The notes under the pieces were generated by a model. It was not told where the DNA came from. It made no database searches and saw only the letters and a list, made by a program, of their open reading frames with translations. A DNA stretch of 64,000 nt from an uncultured Gammaproteobacteria bacterium. GTDB taxonomy: Bacteria; Patescibacteriota; Microgenomatia; JALYQM01. Both the position numbers and the translations under genes were made by a program. The first letter of the stretch is position 1; each line of letters opens with the position of its first letter. The stretch spans positions 5,667-69,666 of the forward strand of contig CAYOFQ010000002.1 of NCBI GenBank assembly GCA_964403585.1. The letters run 5' to 3'. Shown here in pieces: positions 1 through 9,057 of this stretch.

Positions 1-2155
1 CAATACATTGTTTATATAATTCCGCACGCTCCAACTCAGGAATATATCTCCACTCTCTGTATTCAACACCCTCAAAATACTTATCAACTTCGTTATATCG
101 CTGCATCATTTTTTCAATAAGAAGCTCAATCGGCTGCATAGGTTGCTGATGTACTTCAGATGTGTATTCAGAAATTGCCTTCTTCAAAGCCAAGGCAACT
201 CCAATATAATCAACTACTATGCCAGCTTCTTTATCTTTATATCTTCTATTAACTCGGGTAATTGCCTGCATCAAGGTATAACCTTTAATCGGCTTATCTA
301 TGTAAATTGTATGCAAATGAGGAACATCAAATCCCGTTAACCACATGTCACAGACAATAACTATTTTGAGTTTATCATCAGGATTTTTAAATCTCTTTTC
401 CAATTCTTTGTTACTCAATTCGTCTTGAATTTTTCCTTTATAATCGCTATTACTAGAAATAACAATTGCCATCTCAGGAGCTAAAGGTAAATCCTTCATA
501 ATATTATAAAGATCAACGGCTATCTTTCGAGTCATCGTTACAACCATTGCCTTACCTTCAAGTTTTCTATGTACAAAATGGTATATAATATCCTTTGCAA
601 CTCGTCTCAACCTATCATCCGCACCCACTAAACGCTCTAATTCGCTAAATTTCTTTTTTAATGTTTCCTTCACTTCTTCGGGATGTTCCGAAAAATAATC
701 ATCAAAATCTTCATTGATAAATTCATTCGCGAAATGAAGTGGAATTAACCGGCTATCATAAAAAATTGGAACCGTAGTCTGGTCACGCTCTGAACGATCA
801 ATAGTATATCTGCTAACAACCTTCCCAAACACGAGCTGAGTATTTCTATCGCTAAAAGCTATCGGAGTACCTGTTATACCTAAGAAAGAGGCATTCGGAG
901 CAGCAGTACGGATATTACCTGCGTAATCAGCATATTGAGAACGATGAGCTTCATCTGCTATTACAATTAGATTAGCTCGATCCGTAATCTTATGGTCAAA
1001 ATCAAACTTCTGGATAGTCGTAAAAAGTATTTCGGAACCAGGATAGGACAATTTCTCTTTTAAATCCTCAACGGTAACAGCAATTTTCGAACCTATAAAA
1101 CCTGAACGTAAAAAAGTCTTATACAATTGCTGATCTAAATCATTTCGATCAGTCAAAAATAACAGCATGGGACCAGAAAGTTCATCAAGTTGTCGCACCT
1201 TATTGGTATAAAAAACCATTGACAAGGATTTTCCACTACCTTGAGTATGCCAATAAACACCAATCTTTTTGTTACCTTTCACCGAATCAAGAGTTTGCTT
1301 AATCGTCCTATTAACTCCAAAGTACTGATGATACATGCACATTTTTTTTGTGTATTTTGTAGCATCTTTTTCTGCATCAGCTTCGAATACAATGAAGTAA
1401 TGAATAATATCAAGCAAATGATCTTTATTAAATATACCCTTAGTCAATACCTCCAGCTGATATTTATCTTCATTATTCTCTTCTTCACTTTCGATCCCGT
1501 CCCAAGGCACAAAGAAATCCCATGAGGAAGAAACCGTTCCATGTTTCGCCTTAAAAGAGTCACTAGCTACTAAAACTTGGTTAAAATAGAAGATTTTAGG
1601 AATATCCTGCTTATACTTCTCATGCAGTTGAGTAAAGGCATCAACAATTGTAGCATTAGGATCTGTAGGATTTTTCAATTCATAAATAGCGATAGGTAGA
1701 CCATTAATAAACACAACAACATCTGGCCGTCTTGTTTTCTCAACACCTTGCACAGAAAATTGATTTACAACTAAGAACTCATTATTAAACAAGTTTTTAA
1801 AATCAATCAATTTAACATATTCATTTTTAGTATCTCCAGCTTTATTCCTAAAATGAACTTCGATTCCTTTAATTATCCACTCGTAGGCTTCTTTATTTCC
1901 AAGCTCAATATCTACGTGATGAAATCTCATAAGCAGTTGCACAACTTCGTAAATTTTTTCTTCTGGAATTGACGGATTAATCCGTATAAGCGACCGAGTC
2001 AATCGTGATTTTAGAATTACATCACGATAATCCTCCCGCTCAGGTGCAACCCCTCCAGGAGCAATATCAGGCCCATATGCATACTCATACCCAAGCTGCT
2101 TAAACCAACCTAATAATGGCTGTTCAGACAATGTATCTTCATTCAACTTACTCAT
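1..2155 (-). CDS. hsdR: Type I restriction enzyme R subunit (HsdR), N-terminal and helicase part; C-terminus lies beyond the left window edge
   Basis: Minus-strand translation from the ATG at 2155 (MSKLNEDTLSEQPLLGWF...) is open to position 1. It has a PD-(D/E)xK-like N-terminal region, Walker A HTQGSGKS, a DEAH box (IVIADEAHRSQY) and helicase motif VI (QAITRVNRRY). The start overlaps the hsdS stop. Confidence 0.8.
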   Translation of the reverse strand, partial: MSKLNEDTLSEQPLLGWFKQLGYEYAYGPDIAPGGVAPEREDYRDVILKSRLTRSLIRINPSIPEEKIYEVVQLLMRFHHVDIELGNKEAYEWIIKGIEVHFRNKAGDTKNEYVKLIDFKNLFNNEFLVVNQFSVQGVEKTRRPDVVVFINGLPIAIYELKNPTDPNATIVDAFTQLHEKYKQDIPKIFYFNQVLVASDSFKAKHGTVSSSWDFFVPWDGIESEEENNEDKYQLEVLTKGIFNKDHLLDIIHYFIVFEADAEKDATKYTKKMCMYHQYFGVNRTIKQTLDSVKGNKKIGVYWHTQGSGKSLSMVFYTNKVRQLDELSGPMLLFLTDRNDLDQQLYKTFLRSGFIGSKIAVTVEDLKEKLSYPGSEILFTTIQKFDFDHKITDRANLIVIADEAHRSQYADYAGNIRTAAPNASFLGITGTPIAFSDRNTQLVFGKVVSRYTIDRSERDQTTVPIFYDSRLIPLHFANEFINEDFDDYFSEHPEEVKETLKKKFSELERLVGADDRLRRVAKDIIYHFVHRKLEGKAMVVTMTRKIAVDLYNIMKDLPLAPEMAIVISSNSDYKGKIQDELSNKELEKRFKNPDDKLKIVIVCDMWLTGFDVPHLHTIYIDKPIKGYTLMQAITRVNRRYKDKEAGIVVDYIGVALALKKAISEYTSEVHQQPMQPIELLIEKMMQRYNEVDKYFEGVEYREWRYIPELERAELYKQCI

Positions 2156-2156
2156 A

Positions 2157-3326
2157 CTAAACATCTAGTTCCCCTCTTAACAACTTAGGCAGCAAGATGT
2201 CTTTCAATGAAATTAATTCATTATTTTCAACTTCTAACAGTTGAATCTTATGTTCTATACCTCCTGCAATTATTTCAAACTTTGAGATTAACTCTTCTGG
2301 AGGTAATATAACCTTTATATTTTCTAATTCACTTTTAGTAACAGCAGCAAAGATAGAACCAGATCCAAAACTATCTTCTTTTTTAAATACATTTCTTAGT
2401 TGGTAAAACAGAAAACTCTGGCTACCATTTTTATTTCGAACAGATGCTAGGCCTCGACCTAAGGACAACTCTCTATCAGCAATGTTCAGTCTTCCAACAG
2501 GGGCACGCACACTCAATAAAATATCTCCTTTTGCAGCTTTTCTCGGATTATTTGTACAGAAAATTTTATGAGTAGGATAACGCCGTCCAAAATAAGTAAC
2601 TCCCTGATGAAAAGGAAGACCCTTACCTTCTATGTTATAGTCTTCAGATGGTGGAGATTGACCCATTATAATATCTGCTACTTCAGCAAGAGTAGTTAAC
2701 CTCCACGTAGACTCAGACAAGACCTTATTACCTTGAATCATAAACCATTCTTTATAAACTAATTGGGCAACAAGTTCCAGCTTTTCTACAATTTTATTAT
2801 TTAGTACGATTTTTTCATCTAGTCTTGAAATTATCGAAGATATTTTAGACTGTATTCTCAAATTTTCAGGATACTTAATCAATATTTGCCTCAACTCAGC
2901 TTGCCTTATTCCTTCTGCAGCAGTTCCGCTCAATCTCTTAAGTAATTCATGTCTCCCCTCAGCTCCCTGAAGGTAATAGTATAAGTACTTAGGATCCAAT
3001 TTAGTTTTATCAGTCCTTAGTCCAAATAGCCTTTGGCTTAAAACAAGATCTTTTTTTTCAGCTAAATAATATATCTCACCTAAAGGCGCTTCTGATGTTA
3101 ACAAAATATCCCCTGCTTCAAGCTTTTCAGGCATCCACTTCTCATATAAATCCGAACTAACATACCTTATATCATCATGATTGACTATTCTACCTGTCTT
3201 AATATTTTTAGCAGATATCGCTGGAATGCCTTTACTCGACCAATCACCTCCTAATTTTTTAGGAGTTAAACCTCTATGATCAATTATCAATTCCATTAGA
3301 TTATCAAGTCTATCTTGTTTCCACAT
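2157..3326 (-). CDS. hsdS: Type I restriction-modification specificity subunit (HsdS), two target-recognition domains
   Basis: 389 aa with the typical HsdS central and C-terminal conserved helical repeats (…IISRLDEKIVLNNKIVEKLE… and …ILPPEELISKFE…LLPKLLRGELDV). It sits between the NYN gene and hsdR. Confidence 0.8.
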   Translation of the reverse strand: MWKQDRLDNLMELIIDHRGLTPKKLGGDWSSKGIPAISAKNIKTGRIVNHDDIRYVSSDLYEKWMPEKLEAGDILLTSEAPLGEIYYLAEKKDLVLSQRLFGLRTDKTKLDPKYLYYYLQGAEGRHELLKRLSGTAAEGIRQAELRQILIKYPENLRIQSKISSIISRLDEKIVLNNKIVEKLELVAQLVYKEWFMIQGNKVLSESTWRLTTLAEVADIIMGQSPPSEDYNIEGKGLPFHQGVTYFGRRYPTHKIFCTNNPRKAAKGDILLSVRAPVGRLNIADRELSLGRGLASVRNKNGSQSFLFYQLRNVFKKEDSFGSGSIFAAVTKSELENIKVILPPEELISKFEIIAGGIEHKIQLLEVENNELISLKDILLPKLLRGELDV

Positions 3327-3401
3327 ATACTAAACCCTTATTAAATTTGACTTATATCCACATTTTGCATATAATTAACATATAACGATGACTGGATAAG
3401 C

Positions 3402-3914
3402 CTAAGGTTTCGACCGACCGCTGATGCCAGTCGTTTTTTTGACATATTTTAAGCTCATTTTGAGCTTATCCAACGTTACTATATATTGAGCATACTTTCT
3501 CAATAAACTGGAATAATGCCTATTAGGCGTAATTACCTTCAAAAGCTTATTCTTACCAACTAAATGCTCAACTAAACAGTGAAAATCTCCATCATTAGAT
3601 ACAATTATCGCCTTTTCATAGTTTTCAAGCTCAATCATAGTATGTAAAACAAGCTCAGCATCAACATTCCCCTTCACAACTCCAGTTTTCAAAGTTAAGG
3701 TAGGCTTCAAAATGACTATATACCCCATCTCTTGTAAATGTGTATAAAGCTTTTCATTATCAGCTTTAAATCCGATAAAAACAAATGCTTTTTCGATCTT
3801 ATATTTATTTTTTAGATACTGACGAAACTTTCGCCAATCCAATTCCCAACCTTCAGATCGAACTCCTAAATTGAGATTTTGGCTATCTATAAATGCATAA
3901 TTCTCTTTACTCAT
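3402..3914 (-). CDS. NYN-domain (LabA/PIN-like) predicted ribonuclease embedded in the Type I R-M operon
   Basis: N-terminal YAFIDSQNLNLG and downstream AIIVSNDGDFHCLVEHL match the NYN/LabA acidic-residue pattern. The start ATGA overlaps the hsdM stop at 3911-3914, implying translational coupling. The C-terminal roughly 15 aa read through a hairpin region (3413-3473), so the true stop may be earlier. Confidence 0.6.
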   Translation of the reverse strand: MSKENYAFIDSQNLNLGVRSEGWELDWRKFRQYLKNKYKIEKAFVFIGFKADNEKLYTHLQEMGYIVILKPTLTLKTGVVKGNVDAELVLHTMIELENYEKAIIVSNDGDFHCLVEHLVGKNKLLKVITPNRHYSSLLRKYAQYIVTLDKLKMSLKYVKKTTGISGRSKP

Positions 3915-5704
3915 AACTCAAATCCTAAAGTTTTCAAATTCTTTCGTATCTCTTCTTCTAGTTGTCTCGATTTAGCAAAGTCAGCAGATAAACTCTTCGT
4001 CAACTCCGACATTTTTTCTTCATATGAAATACCGTCATCTTCTTCCTCCGCAATCTCAACATATCTCCCTGGAGTCAACACATAACCATTTTCAGCAATC
4101 TCAGAAAGAGTTACTGATTTACAGAACCCAGCTACGTTCTCATAAGTACCCACTTCACCTCTCCAAGCTCTCACAGTATCAGCAATCTTCTTAATTTGCT
4201 CATCATTAAATATCACTTGCTTCCTCGAAATTTGCTCGAATAGATCCTTGGCATCAATAAACAACGTTTCTCCAGCTCTATTTCGAAACCTTCCAGAAAC
4301 TTTATTCTTAGTCATAAACCACAAAGAAACAGGGAGTGAAACATTATAAAATAGTTTAGGAGGGCAAGCGATAATAATATCAATAAGGTCATCATCGATC
4401 ATCTTCTTACGGATTTCCCCTTCTTTACCACCTACAGCTAATGCCCCGTTAGCCATAACAAAACCAGCCATACCATTGGGAGTTAAATGATGCAAAAAAT
4501 GTTGAATCCACATAAAGTTAGCATTACCGGATGGAGGCGTTCCATATTGAATTCTCGGATCTTTTTCATCTAGTCGATCAGGGTTCCACTCAGCATTAAA
4601 AGGAGGGTTACAAATTTCGAGATCTACCTTTAAGTCGGAAAATTTGTCATCATAATAAGTATTTCCAAGTTCAATCTTTCCATAAATGCCTCTAATCGCT
4701 AAGTTCATTTTACATAACTTAAGAGTAGTTTGATTACTTTCTTGACCATAAATCGCAATCTTTGTAGGGTCTTTATGATGTTCTCGTAAAAATTTACTCG
4801 ACTGAACAAACATACCACCCGATCCACACGCAAAATCCGCAACTCTACTATTTTCAAAAGGTTCAAGCACTTCGACCAAAACCTTAACTATTGAGCGAGC
4901 AGTAAAAAATTCACCTCCACGCTTACCTTCTTCTGAAGCAAACTGACCTAAGAAATATTCGTAAACCCTACCCAATAAATCTTTTTCTTTTTCAATGTCG
5001 TGATCAAAGTTAATTCTAGAAAATATATTTACCAATTCTCCGAGGATGTGACTGTCAAGGCCCACACGAACGTAACTTTTGGGAAGTACCCCAGTAAGCT
5101 GTTCAGGATTATCTTTTTCTATAGCATCCATAGCTTCATCAATGTATTTCGCGATATCACTTGAAGTAGCCTTTGAACGCAAGTATTCCCATCGAGCAAT
5201 TTCTGGTATAAAGAAAATTCCTTTACTTTTATACAAGTCTTTTTCCTCTAGCATTTTCTCTCTTATTTGAGGATCCGGAACATACTCAGGTCTACTAGAA
5301 TCAGCCATAAATTCGACTAATTCATCCCGCCTTTGATAATAAGTGTCGGTAATGTATTTAAGGAATATAAGGCCCAAAACAATATGCTTATAATCGGAGG
5401 CATCAATTGAGCCACGCAGCTTATCTGCAGCGGACCAAAGATCATTCTCAAAATTTATATCTTTGTCCTTATTGATCTCTTGAGTAAGTCTTTTTGCCAT
5501 TTTGGCTGTTTCTAACTGAGCAACACTCACTCTAGATTGAAGTTCACTTGGCAAAGTATCCACTCGAATAAGGTATTTCTTACCTACCTCTTTGATTAGC
5601 ACCTCTCCAGCCTGTATTTTACCTTGTAACTGTTTTTGTATAGCTTGTCGCGACACACCAAGTATCCGTGCAAGGTCATTAATGGTGATATATTTTTCTT
5701 CCAT
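3911..5704 (-). CDS. hsdM: Type I R-M N6-adenine DNA methyltransferase (HsdM) with N-terminal helix-turn-helix domain
   Basis: 597 aa; catalytic NPPF motif (ICNPPFNAEWNPD) and an AdoMet-binding region (DFACGSGGMFV). The N-terminal roughly 70 aa look like a DNA-binding HTH (ITINDLARILGVSRQAIQKQL). Confidence 0.9.
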   Translation of the reverse strand: MEEKYITINDLARILGVSRQAIQKQLQGKIQAGEVLIKEVGKKYLIRVDTLPSELQSRVSVAQLETAKMAKRLTQEINKDKDINFENDLWSAADKLRGSIDASDYKHIVLGLIFLKYITDTYYQRRDELVEFMADSSRPEYVPDPQIREKMLEEKDLYKSKGIFFIPEIARWEYLRSKATSSDIAKYIDEAMDAIEKDNPEQLTGVLPKSYVRVGLDSHILGELVNIFSRINFDHDIEKEKDLLGRVYEYFLGQFASEEGKRGGEFFTARSIVKVLVEVLEPFENSRVADFACGSGGMFVQSSKFLREHHKDPTKIAIYGQESNQTTLKLCKMNLAIRGIYGKIELGNTYYDDKFSDLKVDLEICNPPFNAEWNPDRLDEKDPRIQYGTPPSGNANFMWIQHFLHHLTPNGMAGFVMANGALAVGGKEGEIRKKMIDDDLIDIIIACPPKLFYNVSLPVSLWFMTKNKVSGRFRNRAGETLFIDAKDLFEQISRKQVIFNDEQIKKIADTVRAWRGEVGTYENVAGFCKSVTLSEIAENGYVLTPGRYVEIAEEEDDGISYEEKMSELTKSLSADFAKSRQLEEEIRKNLKTLGFEL

Positions 5705-5744
5705 GACAATATCGTAACATATTAAAATAGAAAGTCAAGTTGCA

Positions 5745-5768
5745 ATATGACAACAAAAGTTGTCATAT
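5745..5768. promoter_or_regulatory. Perfect 10-bp inverted repeat (ATATGACAAC-aaaa-GTTGTCATAT) 40-64 nt upstream of hsdM; candidate operator
   Basis: Palindrome read directly from the sequence in the AT-rich hsdM upstream region. HsdM carries an N-terminal HTH that could bind it. Confidence 0.35.
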
Positions 5769-5776
5769 GAATATCA

Positions 5777-6469
5777 CTATTCGTCCACTCTCACCTCGTT
5801 CACCACATCATAATATGCATGCAAATACGAATTCTCCAACACCTCGCACTTCACCAACCGCAACGGTCGCACCTTCAACAAATCCACCTGCGTATGAAGC
5901 GACTCTCCATCCACCAACGTCGACGTATCCTTACCACCCACCAACACCGCCGCAATCACCACCGAAACATGATCAATCAGTCCTCGCCGCACCCATTCCG
6001 CATTCAACGTTCCTCCCGACTGAATCGTAATCCGATCCACCCTATACTCACGCTTAAGTTTCTCCATTAACCCAGCCAAATCCACTTCACCGTCATAAAA
6101 TAGAATCTCAATATTCGAATATTCCTGCTTCACCTTAAAAGCCGGATGATTTTTATTCGTCGTCACCAAATACAACGTCTTCACCCACTGCGCCAAATAC
6201 GCCACACCCTTTTCATTTAAATGAGGCTTATTATCCAGGATAATAAAACTACAATCAATTTTCTTCGGCGGAGTCGTTCGCTCATTCACCCCAATCTTCG
6301 CCATCACCCGCCCTGTATTTAACGAAAACAAATCCGTCTGCTTCTCCAAGTCATAGTACTGCTGTAACCCTTCCTTAACCCCCACAATCCGCTTAAAATC
6401 CTTATCTACATCCAACTCGTCTACATCCCCGGTGGAAATCTTTCCATCCATGTGATACACAATAATCAT
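5777..6469 (-). CDS. RibD C-terminal domain / dihydrofolate-reductase-like reductase family protein
   Basis: 230 aa; C-terminal ITIQSGGTLNAEWVRRGLIDHVSVVIAAVLVGG is typical of RibD_C/DHFR-like proteins. The overlapping plus-strand ORFs are antisense artefacts. Confidence 0.6.
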   Translation of the reverse strand: MIIVYHMDGKISTGDVDELDVDKDFKRIVGVKEGLQQYYDLEKQTDLFSLNTGRVMAKIGVNERTTPPKKIDCSFIILDNKPHLNEKGVAYLAQWVKTLYLVTTNKNHPAFKVKQEYSNIEILFYDGEVDLAGLMEKLKREYRVDRITIQSGGTLNAEWVRRGLIDHVSVVIAAVLVGGKDTSTLVDGESLHTQVDLLKVRPLRLVKCEVLENSYLHAYYDVVNEVRVDE

Positions 6470-6493
6470 TACTACACGTAAGAAAGGTCATAT

Positions 6494-6997
6494 ATGGAAG
6501 AAACATCCCCTATCGGTGAAATAAAAGGTACCCCAAAAGACGAACGAGGCGAACTACAGACCAATGGAGTATGGAAATTAACCGAAACGTCATCATTCGT
6601 AGAACCGGCAACCCCGGATAATCCGGATCATCGAACCCACAATGTAACAAAAACAACCTTCACCGTCGAAGGCCCAAATGATGAAGTATATAAAGTAACC
6701 AACACCAACGATCGTATCGATGTAGAAGGACCGGGGTACAACAGAACCGACGAAGTTATTACCAATACCGGTATCACTCGCAATAGCGAAGACTGGTTAC
6801 CATTCCAGATTGCCAACCAGCTCATTGATCGTGGTGACGCATTTAATCGAAGCAATCGGAATCAACTGGTAAGAACATTAGATACAATTGGCTCAAACTA
6901 CCAACAAGCAGTCGCAAAAGCAACTGAGAGCGGTGACCGCCTTGCTGCTATTCAAACCGCTGTTGATCAAGCTAAGGATTTTACCGACCAGCTATAA
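6494..6997 (+). CDS. hypothetical protein
   Basis: 167-aa ORF followed immediately by a strong rho-independent terminator; no recognisable motif. Confidence 0.5.
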   Translation: MEETSPIGEIKGTPKDERGELQTNGVWKLTETSSFVEPATPDNPDHRTHNVTKTTFTVEGPNDEVYKVTNTNDRIDVEGPGYNRTDEVITNTGITRNSEDWLPFQIANQLIDRGDAFNRSNRNQLVRTLDTIGSNYQQAVAKATESGDRLAAIQTAVDQAKDFTDQL

Positions 6998-7021
6998 AAA
7001 ATAAAATTCAAAGTGTAATAA

Positions 7022-7054
7022 TAAAAAAGAGCCGTAATGGCTCTTTTTTATTTT
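7022..7054. terminator. Bidirectional rho-independent terminator between convergent genes
   Basis: Stem AAAAAGAGCC / GGCTCTTTTT with loop GTAAT, an A-run 5' and a T-run 3'. Confidence 0.65.
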
Positions 7055-7066
7055 ACGATAATTAGG

Positions 7067-7861
7067 TTAAAAAATCTTTAAGTAACAATATACCACAATC
7101 ACACTGGCTACCACCAGCAATCCCACCATCGCCAACGGAACCACCGCTTCAGCATTCCCTGTACGCAAATCTAAAAACAACGTCGCCACAATACTACTCC
7201 CCATCAATACCGAAAATACCAGCCACGGCGCGGCAAACACATACCCTAAGGTTTTCTTTCGCCATAACAAAACGCCTATTAGTATCATCGCCGACAACAC
7301 TAACGACAAATCTATAACCTGAATAGGATTCACCCATAACCCGGCCGTTGCAATACTTTTTGGTAGATCTCCAGAGATCAGCGCCGGAATAATCTCAGAC
7401 AACCACAGCAAGGCAAATAACCCTCCCGTAAGCATCAGCAAAACACTCGCTCCGCGGAATCTCTTACCCACAACACTTTTGGCCAAGATAGCCAGATCCT
7501 GACCCAATAACCCAACTATCACGCTGTACGCAGATAAACCCAAAATAGCTACATACACTAAGAATAAATAATTGAAATGCACAAAAAAGGCATAGATCAA
7601 AAACGCGTAAATAAAATACAGCAGCGTACCCAACCACACCAGCCAAGCCGCAACAGATTTCTTAGTGAGAAAATACGTACTAACAAGCAACACCGGCACC
7701 GCCAACAAATTCCCAATATCCTGCCCCACCGCCTGCATCGCCCAGTTCGCCGATTCCTGCGCATACGTAACCGGATCAAAAATACCCAGTAAACTCGACA
7801 GCAAAACTAACGCGCCAATAAGCACCGAACAAAAAATCCAAACTTTAGATACCGAATGCAT
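7067..7861 (-). CDS. polytopic integral membrane protein (about 8 TM), function unknown
   Basis: 264 aa, almost entirely hydrophobic helices. Confidence 0.55.
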   Translation of the reverse strand: MHSVSKVWIFCSVLIGALVLLSSLLGIFDPVTYAQESANWAMQAVGQDIGNLLAVPVLLVSTYFLTKKSVAAWLVWLGTLLYFIYAFLIYAFFVHFNYLFLVYVAILGLSAYSVIVGLLGQDLAILAKSVVGKRFRGASVLLMLTGGLFALLWLSEIIPALISGDLPKSIATAGLWVNPIQVIDLSLVLSAMILIGVLLWRKKTLGYVFAAPWLVFSVLMGSSIVATLFLDLRTGNAEAVVPLAMVGLLVVASVIVVYCYLKIF

Positions 7862-7913
7862 ACCAACATGATAGCGTATTCTAAATTAAATACTGTGATC
7901 TGGATAAAATGAT

Positions 7914-8021
7914 TCATTGGGGAAACAGAGAGATAACCGAACCTATAAACATAAAAATGCCAAAAAACAACAGCGACAAGCCGCCAAGCTTTAACTTCTT
8001 ACTCCATACGTTCTTTTTCAT
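7914..8021 (-). CDS. possible small membrane peptide (MKKNVWSKKLKLGGLSLLFFGIFMFIGSVISLFPQ)
   Basis: 35-aa ORF preceded by GGAGGTG at the correct SD distance; absent from the ORF track because of the length cutoff. Confidence 0.25.
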   Translation of the reverse strand: MKKNVWSKKLKLGGLSLLFFGIFMFIGSVISLFPQ

Positions 8022-8097
8022 GATTTCACCTCCTGGTAGAGCGCAGATTGCGCTGCATAGCTACGCTCTACCATAGTTCATTTGAATCCAGTTTAGG

Positions 8098-8403
8098 CTA
8101 GGGTGATGCTGCCGGGGGCGGCGCTGGCCGGTGAATGGTGCAATAGTCTTCCCCTTTCAGATTGTAGGTTGTCATGATCGGAACTGAAAAGTCACCTACT
8201 TTAATCGAACTAGTTTTCACTAACCACGTCGCCGGACAATCCTCCTCGCCTTCTCCCAAAATCCCTGAAAAGGTTTGTTCGTCTTGAGCGCACCCGTTCG
8301 GGTGGCAGTAGACTCCCTTCCAGGTCAGGGATGATCCATCACATGCGGCCAAAGCCAACGCAGCAAGAAGGCCCAAAAGTACCAGGGATAGACCCCGAAA
8401 CAT
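8098..8403 (-). CDS. small secreted/lipoprotein-like Cys-rich protein, GC-rich gene
   Basis: Signal peptide with a lipobox-like LALAAC, six cysteines and a Pro-rich C-terminus; locally elevated GC compared with the flanks. Confidence 0.5.
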   Translation of the reverse strand: MFRGLSLVLLGLLAALALAACDGSSLTWKGVYCHPNGCAQDEQTFSGILGEGEEDCPATWLVKTSSIKVGDFSVPIMTTYNLKGEDYCTIHRPAPPPAASP

Positions 8404-8609
8404 CGCACGCTCCTGTGCTAAAAGGATCCAAAGTCTGCCCAGAAAATGAGCTAAAATGTTAACTCGCTTACTGAGCAGACCTTGAGTAATTATGAAGTGA
8501 ATTCCTGTGTTATCTCTCTGTTAAAGAACTTGCCGAATGGTGAATTCAGCCCGGTAATTATACTACAAAATTAACAAAAGTAAAATACTATAGGATATCA
8601 AAGAAGAGG

Positions 8610-9038
8610 TTATGCCACATGCTTCTTCATATACTCATATGCCGACCTGATTATCGATTCCAAAACCGCCAAATCCACATCCGAAAGCTTATTAATATAC
8701 AAACATCCACCCATTCCGCTACCGCTCGTTTTATGTTTGCCTAATTTCTCCAAAGCCGGATTATCGTGATTCCCTTGCAACACATACAACGTTAAGTTCT
8801 GCTTCCGCGGCGAAAACCCCACCAACATCCAATCCCCTTCCTGAGCACTTCGTTCGGATTTATAATGATACTTTCCAAACCCTACAATACTCGTTCCCCA
8901 CATCACCGCTTTTTCTCCGGTAACTTTTTTGAACATTTCCAACAGCGCCAACGCATCTTCACGCTTCTGCTGCGGCTCAACGGAATTCAAAAACTCTTTT
9001 GGATCTTGATCGGTAATTTTCGTTTTAGGTTCGGCCAT
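8610..9038 (-). CDS. DUF1801 (YdhG-like) domain protein
   Basis: 142 aa; paralogous to 14774..15205, sharing …GFSPRK…LYV…LEKLGKHK…G..CLYINKLSDVD..VLE.I.R.SYE…. Confidence 0.6.
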   Translation of the reverse strand: MAEPKTKITDQDPKEFLNSVEPQQKREDALALLEMFKKVTGEKAVMWGTSIVGFGKYHYKSERSAQEGDWMLVGFSPRKQNLTLYVLQGNHDNPALEKLGKHKTSGSGMGGCLYINKLSDVDLAVLESIIRSAYEYMKKHVA

Positions 9039-9057
9039 AGGTTGATTATATCAAACC

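Noticed and set aside
143-1525. Plus-strand ORFs 143..340 and 1241..1525
   Set aside because: They lie antisense to the much longer, motif-bearing hsdR reading frame on the minus strand, so they are treated as spurious.
5740-6070. Pro/His-rich plus-strand ORFs 5740..6030 and 5819..6070
   Set aside because: They are antisense to the RibD_C-like gene 5777..6469 and are low-complexity products of a GC-rich stretch.
7464-7871. Four short ORFs on both strands (Arg/Cys-rich)
   Set aside because: All are nested inside or antisense to the 264-aa membrane-protein gene 7067..7861, and their low-complexity composition is typical of antisense artefacts.
8034-8074. Perfect hairpin GGTAGAGCG…CGCTCTACC downstream of the 8098..8403 gene
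   Set aside because: It has no U-run and sits directly upstream of a doubtful micro-ORF, so I could not decide between terminator and regulatory hairpin and did not list it as a feature.
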